Shown piece after piece: positions 36,912 through 44,294 of a stretch of 64,000 bases of DNA. Each line of letters begins with the position of its first letter. Positions within the stretch are counted from its first letter, which is position 1. The position numbers were made by a program, and so were the translations under genes. Below the pieces are notes generated by a model. That model was not told where the DNA came from. It searched no databases and saw nothing but the letters and a program-made list of their open reading frames with translations. Source of the DNA: an uncultured Candidatus Saccharibacteria bacterium (GTDB lineage: Bacteria; Patescibacteriota; Doudnabacteria; UBA920); assembly GCA_964384035.1 (NCBI GenBank), contig CAYLIB010000003.1, positions 36,393 to 100,392 of the forward strand. The letters are read 5' to 3'.

Positions 36912-38771
36912 TTATTTAGTTAGCGTATCCCCTTTTGCGTAGTTGTCTACCTCGTCTTGTGGGAGGACTTTTATGTTCTTAGCCGATATCTTTCTAGCTT
37001 TATACGCTGCTGCGGTAAGTGGGCGTAGTTGTGACTTTTGAACTATATACACTGCTTGTGATTTGTCGCCTTTTACGATTGTGTTGTCTGAAGGTGGTAT
37101 AGGGACACCGTCACTCCATTCCTGTGCTTCTGCTTCAGCGACTTGGAAGTCCGCGGTAATTTTCCTTTGCTTAGAAACGAAAGATGAAACGTAATGTTTT
37201 TGACCGTCTTTAAATAAGTATAAAGTTCCATTGCCTGCTTTGAAAACACTTCTTTCTTTAGGAGTGGTATACGCGCCAATTGGTAAACCGGAAACTTCTT
37301 CGTCGGAAAGCGTTACAACCTGAGAGTTTTTGAATCCACGATTTTTAAAAACTACTCCGGAGATTGGTTTTTTAAGTCCGCCTTCTATGAAATAAACAGT
37401 ATTAGCTTTACTTGCTTTAACTATAGTACCGTCGAGCGGAGATACGAAACCAAACTTAGGATATGAGTTTATTTCTGAGTCTGGAATTACTTGAACTGCT
37501 TTGGAAATTTTTCTCTGTGTAAATGTATACGAACTAAAGAGTTTTAAATTTCCATTTTCAACTAAATATATTTCTGGTTTTTTCTCGCCACGAATAACTG
37601 AACCATCTTTAGGTGTAAGAACCTGGCCTTGCTCGAACAGTTGAGACTCGGAAGCGCTCATTGAAAGGGCATTAACGTCTGTTAGCCCTCTCTGGGTCAA
37701 AACGAAAGAGGAGACCGGTCTTTTAACATTGCTTATAAAAACGTAAGTTTGTGGATCTCCATCTACCTTAACTACAGTGTTGTCGTCTGGACCCAATATT
37801 TTACCTTGTGGGTATGAGCTTATTTCGTTTGAGGAGACTGTTATAGTTTTATTAATATCAAGCTTTCTTGCTTGAGCAACAAAATTTGGGAGCAACATTC
37901 TATAACCGTTTTGGATTATATAAGTATTTACGTCGCCACCCAATTTAATAAGTGTCCCATTTGGATATCTAAACCATTCATTAAAATATTTCCAGAAATT
38001 ATAGTTTCCATTAAATACATGAGGGGTATAACGATATAAAGCTGCGGTAGCCTTATTGGCTAACTGAATACTTTGCTGACCCATAATTCCATCGTAACCA
38101 CCTAGGGTGTTATCTAGCGTTATTACGTCCCCCACCCTGGCAACAGTACCATTTACACTCGGACCACGACCACCTTCCGTGTTGAAGGATTTCATAAGAC
38201 TTTTAGCTGCACCGACATATCTATTTCCACCAGTATCTAAATTACCGAATAGCTGAAAATAAAAACCAGGAAAAAGACTATCTTTACAACCAGTAGAATC
38301 TGGACAACCAAACCCCAATGAAAAATCCAGAGCTTTCTGTAGCTTTTCAGGAGTATCATTTTGATGATTGGTAATAAGACCCTGTTCTTTTTGAAGTTTT
38401 ACTATAATTACTTGAGGGTTTAAGCCTGACGCCTGCGATGCATCCCAGATGAGCTCTGCTGCTGTTCTAAGCCTGCCCAGGTTTGGACGAGGATCATCTA
38501 GTGCTTGTTTTAAAATTACAATTGTTGGTTCTTTAAGTTTTTGCAAAAAATCTGTTGAGGTGTTTGCTAATATACTATTCTTACTTTCTAAGAACTTCTG
38601 AATGCCTGTAGCATCACCAAAAGTCTGTATATCTGTAAATACAGAGTCGTCGATAATTTTATTAGGGTTAAAGGCAGGATCAACTGTGAGTCCCTGAGCA
38701 GAAACGGATGCTGGCACTAAAAAAAGCAGAAGTGCAGCTAAAATTTTTCGAATCTTTATTTTATTGTTCAT
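36912..38771 (-). CDS. Secreted protein: putative lysozyme-like hydrolase domain plus C-terminal surface repeats
   Basis: Signal peptide; FNPNKII.D, LNPQVIIVKLQKEQGL, GFGCPD, N.ATAALYRYTPH; six ~58-aa repeats DG.+IK....VY.I..G.K+. Confidence 0.7.
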   Translation of the reverse strand: MNNKIKIRKILAALLLFLVPASVSAQGLTVDPAFNPNKIIDDSVFTDIQTFGDATGIQKFLESKNSILANTSTDFLQKLKEPTIVILKQALDDPRPNLGRLRTAAELIWDASQASGLNPQVIIVKLQKEQGLITNHQNDTPEKLQKALDFSLGFGCPDSTGCKDSLFPGFYFQLFGNLDTGGNRYVGAAKSLMKSFNTEGGRGPSVNGTVARVGDVITLDNTLGGYDGIMGQQSIQLANKATAALYRYTPHVFNGNYNFWKYFNEWFRYPNGTLIKLGGDVNTYIIQNGYRMLLPNFVAQARKLDINKTITVSSNEISSYPQGKILGPDDNTVVKVDGDPQTYVFISNVKRPVSSFVLTQRGLTDVNALSMSASESQLFEQGQVLTPKDGSVIRGEKKPEIYLVENGNLKLFSSYTFTQRKISKAVQVIPDSEINSYPKFGFVSPLDGTIVKASKANTVYFIEGGLKKPISGVVFKNRGFKNSQVVTLSDEEVSGLPIGAYTTPKERSVFKAGNGTLYLFKDGQKHYVSSFVSKQRKITADFQVAEAEAQEWSDGVPIPPSDNTIVKGDKSQAVYIVQKSQLRPLTAAAYKARKISAKNIKVLPQDEVDNYAKGDTLTK

Positions 38772-38830
38772 AATTTTGGAGATTCTATTTAATATTTAGC
38801 CCTTGATAAAGAACAAGGATTGTTTGTTTA

Positions 38831-40675
38831 TTATAGCACGTAAGGTGTAGATATTTGGAACGAGGAGATATCTTGGTCTGGGATTAAGACTATAGGAAAA
38901 ACATTTAGTCCTCTATTCTGATAAAAATTAAAATTTATGGGATGAAGCTCACCTGATACCACCCAGTAGACCGTAAGACCTCTGTACCCTCTAATTAGAG
39001 TACCATCTTTAGGTGCAAGAAATTTTTCTGTGAACCATGAATTTAATTCTTCTTCTGGTACGGTTCTAATTTCAGAATAGCTTAAGTTGTTACTTTCGAA
39101 TACTAATTTTGTGATTGGAGATTTCCCACTTTTAGTAATGTAATAGACAGTTGGTTCATTTGCTTTTTTAACCAAAATTCCAACTGAGGGAGTAGTCTGG
39201 GGTCCTATGGGTATTGATATAAGTTCTGACGCCCTTACTCTTCTCAGAACAGTGGAAGGAAATCTTTGCTTTCTAACGAATTCCGAAACTGGTTGACGCT
39301 TTCCACCATTTATAAAAAATATGCGTCCTGATTCTTCTTCTAGGACTAAATCTTGATCTAGTACTGAAGAAGTTACAATCGGAGTATTTACTGCTTTGGA
39401 TACATCTATTTTTCCAGATCCTATCAACCCTGCGCAATTCAAGCCTCCGCAAAGAAAAGTATTCTGTGAGTCAATATTCGTAACAGATTTTAAAATAACT
39501 TCACGAACCTGTTGGATTGTTGCTTTTGGATGAATGGCTCTTATAAGTGCTGCCTCTGCGCTAACAAGAGGTACAGCCATAGAAGTTCCAGAAGCATACG
39601 CGTAACTATTGGGTGAACTTCTACCACTTACTGGGTCTCTATTTATAGTGGAGAGTATTCTCTTCCCCGGCGCTGAGACATCGATACAATGAGAACCATA
39701 ATTAGCAAATGGAGGTTTTTGGTCTTTGTAATCGATTGCAGTAACTCCGATAACCATATTGCTTCCGTTATCCTGACAAACTGGATAGCCTGGTGTAACG
39801 TCTAAGTTTAGACCATTTGCAGAGCTATCGTTTCCTGCTGCGGCGATAATAATAACCCCTTTGGAATATGCGTAGCTAATTGCGTCAGCCATTAGGCTGT
39901 CTGGCTCTGCACCAGCACCTCCTAAGCTTAGGTTAATAACATGCGCCCCGTGATCTGTTGCCCAAATAATACCTTGCGATACGGACGAAGATACTCCGTT
40001 ACCTGCAGAGTCTAAGGCTTTAATAGGTATAATACTTACTTGCCAGTTTGCACCTACAATACCGGTGGAATTGTTTGGCACCGCACCGATTACACCGGTA
40101 ACTAACGTACCATGTCCATTATCATCGCTATTTTGGTCTACTGGTATAGGTTGATTAGTAAGGAAATTATACCCAGGTAAAAAATTTATGCTTTGGAGAT
40201 CGACGTGTGTTACATCTATACCTGTATCTATGACTGCTATTATAGTTTCCTGAGTGCCAGTAGTTTTTTCCCATGCATTTAAAAAACCCGCACTAACAAG
40301 CGCCCACTGTTTATCTATATCTGTTTTATTTGTTGTGAATCCTGGATCTGAAAGATATAAAGACTCTGTTTTAATAACTGATTCCTGTTGAATATATTGA
40401 AATAAATTTTTATTAGATATAAGCTTGTTTACATAATTTGAGTTAAACTTATAAACTACACCCTCTTCATTGAATTTTTCTGTAGCAGTCAGTTGTGTAC
40501 CTAAAGATTTTAATCCTCGTGGCAAACTTTTCCCAGGCTTTAATCTAACAATATAATTTTGGGTATTAGGCTTTGCTTGTGATGCATTCGAGAAATTTAA
40601 ATTAGTAAAAAAGAGCGCTAATATAGCGCCAATAAAAATAACTTTTGAAAATTTTACAAGATTTATAAATTTCAC
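38831..40675 (-). CDS. Subtilisin-like serine protease (S8) with C-terminal surface repeats
   Basis: Triad motifs VIDTG, HGT, GTSMA; AAAGN oxyanion; same C-terminal repeat type as the neighbour. Confidence 0.95.
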   Translation of the reverse strand: MKFINLVKFSKVIFIGAILALFFTNLNFSNASQAKPNTQNYIVRLKPGKSLPRGLKSLGTQLTATEKFNEEGVVYKFNSNYVNKLISNKNLFQYIQQESVIKTESLYLSDPGFTTNKTDIDKQWALVSAGFLNAWEKTTGTQETIIAVIDTGIDVTHVDLQSINFLPGYNFLTNQPIPVDQNSDDNGHGTLVTGVIGAVPNNSTGIVGANWQVSIIPIKALDSAGNGVSSSVSQGIIWATDHGAHVINLSLGGAGAEPDSLMADAISYAYSKGVIIIAAAGNDSSANGLNLDVTPGYPVCQDNGSNMVIGVTAIDYKDQKPPFANYGSHCIDVSAPGKRILSTINRDPVSGRSSPNSYAYASGTSMAVPLVSAEAALIRAIHPKATIQQVREVILKSVTNIDSQNTFLCGGLNCAGLIGSGKIDVSKAVNTPIVTSSVLDQDLVLEEESGRIFFINGGKRQPVSEFVRKQRFPSTVLRRVRASELISIPIGPQTTPSVGILVKKANEPTVYYITKSGKSPITKLVFESNNLSYSEIRTVPEEELNSWFTEKFLAPKDGTLIRGYRGLTVYWVVSGELHPINFNFYQNRGLNVFPIVLIPDQDISSFQISTPYVL

Positions 40676-41403
40676 GAAAGTTCTTTTTTATAAATACCAG
40701 AAATTTGTTTACTCTTGATGTGAAGTAGATCTATAAAAGATTGAATATATGCTTTGAGAGGTACATGGCTTCCACCGTGCTCTGTCCAAGATACTCCCAC
40801 TTCTTTTATTTTGTATCCCCTGTCCCTTGCGATAGTTAGGACTTCCATGTCGAATCCCCAACCTAAAACAGTGACACGTGAAAAGATGTCCTTAGCTGAC
40901 TTTGAGGTAAATGCCTTAAAACCTAACTGGGTGTCTTTAATACCAGGTACAGCCAACAATTGGATAAGGACATTACTCATTCTAGAAAGAATAACTCGAT
41001 AGAGCGGTTGTTTGTGTTTTACTAAATCGGGATTTGTATAACGCGAACCAATGACCACATCGTAACCTTCGTTGAAAAATGGGATGAATTTTTCGATTTC
41101 AGAAATAGGCGTCGCATTGTCAGCGTCCATAAACATAACGATATCTCCGCTGGCCTTCTCTAAAATACCACGCTTAACTGCATTACCTTTTCCACCTTCA
41201 GGAAGGTTCATTGCGGTCGCTTTCTGAACTGTGGTCGCTTCTAATTGTTTAACTATATCGTAAGTTTTGTCGTGGCTATTGTTTACCACAACAATAATTT
41301 CGTAATCGAAACTTTGTTTCTCTAGGAAAGAATCGACGTTTTTTAGTGTTTCAGTAATTCTTGCTTCTTCATTGTAAGCAGGAATAATTACAGATAATTT
41401 CAT
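40672..41403 (-). CDS. GT2 glycosyltransferase (dolichyl/polyprenyl-phosphate glucosyltransferase-like)
   Basis: SVIIPAYNEE.RI, GKGNAV, FMDADNATP, IGSR, DTQLGFK.F, WGFDMEVL. Confidence 0.93.
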   Translation of the reverse strand: MKLSVIIPAYNEEARITETLKNVDSFLEKQSFDYEIIVVVNNSHDKTYDIVKQLEATTVQKATAMNLPEGGKGNAVKRGILEKASGDIVMFMDADNATPISEIEKFIPFFNEGYDVVIGSRYTNPDLVKHKQPLYRVILSRMSNVLIQLLAVPGIKDTQLGFKAFTSKSAKDIFSRVTVLGWGFDMEVLTIARDRGYKIKEVGVSWTEHGGSHVPLKAYIQSFIDLLHIKSKQISGIYKKELS

Positions 41404-41409
41404 AATAAA

Positions 41410-41450
41410 TTCAAAATTTAAAATTCAAAAATCAAAGTTAAAATTTAAAA
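41410..41450. repeat. Heptamer repeat arm (TTCAAAA)n downstream of the four-helix-bundle gene
   Basis: ttcaaaa tttaaaa ttcaaaa atcaaag ttaaaa tttaaaa. Confidence 0.75.
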
Positions 41451-41819
41451 CTATTTATTCTTTAACTTCAGGCCACTACTACCTAGCATTTTTAATATTT
41501 CTATTGCTTCTGATGTTAGGGGTTTAATTATTTCTATTTTACCAAGTTTGGAGTGATTTAGTAAATCTAACCAATATATGATTTCGTTTGCGCTCTTTAG
41601 AGATATTTCGTAATACCTTTTAAACTCAAACCTTGAACTAGAAGCTCGACCTTCGGTAAGATTTGCCCCTACCGAACGCGCAGACCTCAGTAACTGATCC
41701 ATAATTATCCAAGCTGCTCGTTTATTTGGAAGAGTATCAGCTAACTTAATTATTTCTAGACTGAATTTGAAACATCTACTTGGTAGATCAGTTTTGAATT
41801 TAGAATTTAAATTTTGCAT
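41451..41819 (-). CDS. Four-helix-bundle protein (23S rRNA intervening-sequence protein / Avd-like family)
   Basis: L..R...F...II.L...LP, DQLLRSA.SVGAN..EG...SS..EF..Y..I+LKSANE..YWL.LL. Confidence 0.93.
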   Translation of the reverse strand: MQNLNSKFKTDLPSRCFKFSLEIIKLADTLPNKRAAWIIMDQLLRSARSVGANLTEGRASSSRFEFKRYYEISLKSANEIIYWLDLLNHSKLGKIEIIKPLTSEAIEILKMLGSSGLKLKNK

Positions 41820-41839
41820 TCTAACTTCTAAATTTTGAG
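41792..41839. repeat. Heptamer repeat arm (TTTTGAA)n, inverted relative to 41410-41450
   Basis: ttttgaa tttagaa tttaaa ttttgca ttctaac ttctaaa ttttgag; overlaps galE 3' end and the bundle gene start. Confidence 0.75.
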
Positions 41840-42984
41840 TTTTCTTGTGACATTTGCCAGCTGGTGGCGATTATATTTTCTAGGGTGGAGTGTTCTGGGC
41901 GGAATTTTAACTCTTTTTGGATTCGGCTAGTGTCGGCTACAGTTATAGGTGCGTCCCCTGGTCTTCTTGGGCCAACCTCTGTTGGAATCATCCGACCGGT
42001 TATTTCTGCGGCGGACTGAATAACTTCCTCTACGCTGAAACCTTTGCTTGTACCTATGTTGTAAACCCGGAAACCACTCTCCCCTGTCTCAAGACTCACA
42101 ACATGGGCTTTGGCTACGTCGAGTACGTGAATGAAGTCTCTTATGCAGGAGCCGTCAAATGTTGGATAATCTTTTCCGAAAACAGTTAGGACCGGGGTTT
42201 TCCCGAGAGCTACATCTAGAACGATTGGTATAAGGTGAGAGTTTTTGTGTGTGTCAGTTACGTTATATTTTGGCTCACACCCGGCTACGTTGAAGTACCT
42301 TAGAATGGTTACGTCGAAACCAAAATTTTTCGCAAAGTACTGAAGCATTTTTTCGGCGATCATTTTGCTTTCACCGTAAGGGTTGTTTGGTACAAGCGGT
42401 GTATCTTCTGAAATAGGTACTATTTGCTGTTCTCCGTAGACTGCGGCGGTAGATGAAAAAATAATTTTCTTTATACCGGCTGTTTCCATAGCTTGAAGTA
42501 AGACATAGGTAGCATGGGCATTGTTTTCTAGATACTCTAGCGGTTTTCTAACAGACTCTTCGACTTCGAGGAGAGCTGCTAAATGAATAACTGCGTCTAT
42601 TTGGTTTTCGGCGAGAAGCTGAGTTAGCAGTTCAAGATTGCTTACATTTCCGGTGACCAATTTTACACCATCCGGAATGTGTTCTTTTCTACCGGTCCTG
42701 AAGTCGTCGAGCACTATTGGGGTGTAGCCTTTTTCTACTAACAAATGTACGAGGTGTCCCCCTATGTAACCGGCACCGCCTGTTACCAAAATATTTTTTA
42801 TATTATTTTCTTTACTCATTGTATTTGTAGTCAAAATTTTCATATTCTTTCCTGCAAGTTCATTATACCTGTCCAGACTTAAAACTACTGCTTCGGGTTG
42901 GCCATCTAGCGAAAGCACGAGCCCACCACTTCTTTTCTTTATTTCTTTTAATAACTCCAAAAGATACTGATCGTTTTGCGGCAT
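41821..42984 (-). CDS. galE: UDP-glucose 4-epimerase with N-terminal Phd/YefM-like extension
   Basis: ILVTGGAGYIG, FSSTAAVYG, YGESK, RYFNVAG, RDFIHVLD; extra ~60 aa at the N-terminus. Confidence 0.93.
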   Translation of the reverse strand: MPQNDQYLLELLKEIKKRSGGLVLSLDGQPEAVVLSLDRYNELAGKNMKILTTNTMSKENNIKNILVTGGAGYIGGHLVHLLVEKGYTPIVLDDFRTGRKEHIPDGVKLVTGNVSNLELLTQLLAENQIDAVIHLAALLEVEESVRKPLEYLENNAHATYVLLQAMETAGIKKIIFSSTAAVYGEQQIVPISEDTPLVPNNPYGESKMIAEKMLQYFAKNFGFDVTILRYFNVAGCEPKYNVTDTHKNSHLIPIVLDVALGKTPVLTVFGKDYPTFDGSCIRDFIHVLDVAKAHVVSLETGESGFRVYNIGTSKGFSVEEVIQSAAEITGRMIPTEVGPRRPGDAPITVADTSRIQKELKFRPEHSTLENIIATSWQMSQENSKFRS

Positions 42985-43112
42985 ATTTTGAAAATTAAAA
43001 ACAACAGCTCTAAAAAAGTTATTGTGCTGTTGTTTTGTGTTGGTATTTTTATTCTTAATTTGATAGTAGCAGGAAATAAAAAGACTAGCAAAACGCGTAC
43101 GTACGCGATTTA

Positions 43113-44162
43113 CTAGTCTGGATTGACCAAGTGGATACCAAGCACCCGATTATCGTCCGAAACCTTCACAAGCGTGAGCTTTGTAGCGCCTTTTCGCTTA
43201 TAACTCATGAATTTCCCGCGACGAAATTCTCTGATCCGCTGCCACCTATTTCCGACTACCATCCCAAAGACGGCTTCGGGTACTCTAATTTCAAGCGTCT
43301 TACCCTTCAGCTTAGGGACGAGGTAAATCCAGGTACTTGATTGAGTCCCAGGAAAAACACCATGGAATTCATAGTCGTTTGGAAGAACGTCATTCGGTAG
43401 GCCATCCTTACCTATATGAACTACCACGTCCGTGTCCTTGAGCCACAGGTCAACATTGGCTTTTAGTTCCTGTTTGGCTTGAAACGCAGCAACTTCAGCT
43501 TGCTTAATCTCTTCTTCGGCCAAGACTTTCTTACACCCAGCTTCAGTAATCTGAAAGTCAGGGCAAATGCGAACTTCGACTGTAGAGAGATAGGTGTATT
43601 TGGGTGTATAACCCGTATACCGATCCACATCCCCCTCAACCTGGTAAGCATTCACGTACTCGAAGAAGAGCTGAAGTTCGATCTTTCCATCTGGGGCTTC
43701 CTCCCACTCGTCTATTATCCGTGTCTCTGCGAGTCGTTCGGCAGCCGCCCTGTGAACATCGTCATCAGGCCACAAAATCTCAGCCTGATTGGGAACAACC
43801 CTCATGCCAGGCAATGCCTCCAATTTCGGTTGAGTCGCAAACCAAACGGTTCCAACTCCTTTACTTCCAAGCCAAACATATTCCCCTGCATACATGTACG
43901 CAAGATGAGTAAGCTTGAAAGTGTTTCCGGTCTCCGGCAAAATCTGAACCATTTCTGGCTCAATCTGCCAGATTGCGGCGAGGAGCTGGACAGCTTCGAG
44001 GCCATTTTTGACCTCCCGCCAGACTTCCTTAAATCCAGCAAAGGGCAAGTCTTCTTGCCAACGGTTAAGTTTTGTGCCCTGAGGAACCTTCATGGAAAGC
44101 CGAAACTTTCCGGAAGAAACCTCAAACAAGGCGCTTCTGTTACTGCTGCTAAATTTCAGCAT
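43113..44162 (-). CDS. Hypothetical protein with C-terminal KH-like motif (ORFan cassette)
   Basis: 349-aa ORF, SD-like GAAAGAGGG, GC-richer; IRVPEAVFGMVVGNRWQRIREF. Confidence 0.65.
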   Translation of the reverse strand: MLKFSSSNRSALFEVSSGKFRLSMKVPQGTKLNRWQEDLPFAGFKEVWREVKNGLEAVQLLAAIWQIEPEMVQILPETGNTFKLTHLAYMYAGEYVWLGSKGVGTVWFATQPKLEALPGMRVVPNQAEILWPDDDVHRAAAERLAETRIIDEWEEAPDGKIELQLFFEYVNAYQVEGDVDRYTGYTPKYTYLSTVEVRICPDFQITEAGCKKVLAEEEIKQAEVAAFQAKQELKANVDLWLKDTDVVVHIGKDGLPNDVLPNDYEFHGVFPGTQSSTWIYLVPKLKGKTLEIRVPEAVFGMVVGNRWQRIREFRRGKFMSYKRKGATKLTLVKVSDDNRVLGIHLVNPD

Positions 44163-44241
44163 GATTTTCCCTCTTTCGTAGTTTTATTTGAAGTGCTAAT
44201 AAGGTTATTTACCCGGCATCAGGACTCCAAATCCTCTGACT

Positions 44242-44279
44242 AAAGATGCCCAGAACCCGTAAGGGCCTGGGCATCTTTT
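44242..44279 (-). terminator. Terminator after the DUF11 surface protein gene
   Basis: AAAGATGCCCAG...CTGGGCATCTTT. Confidence 0.75.
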
Positions 44280-44294
44280 CTACTAAACTTTTTT

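Noticed and set aside
41451-41819. Diversity-generating retroelement suggested by the Avd-like ORF
   Set aside because: No reverse transcriptase and no template/variable repeat pair seen in the window
43479-44243. 254-aa plus-strand ORF and other long antisense ORFs (34892-35512, 48094-48612, 57320-57946)
   Set aside because: Shadow frames of GC-richer real genes; no SD or promoter and unnatural composition
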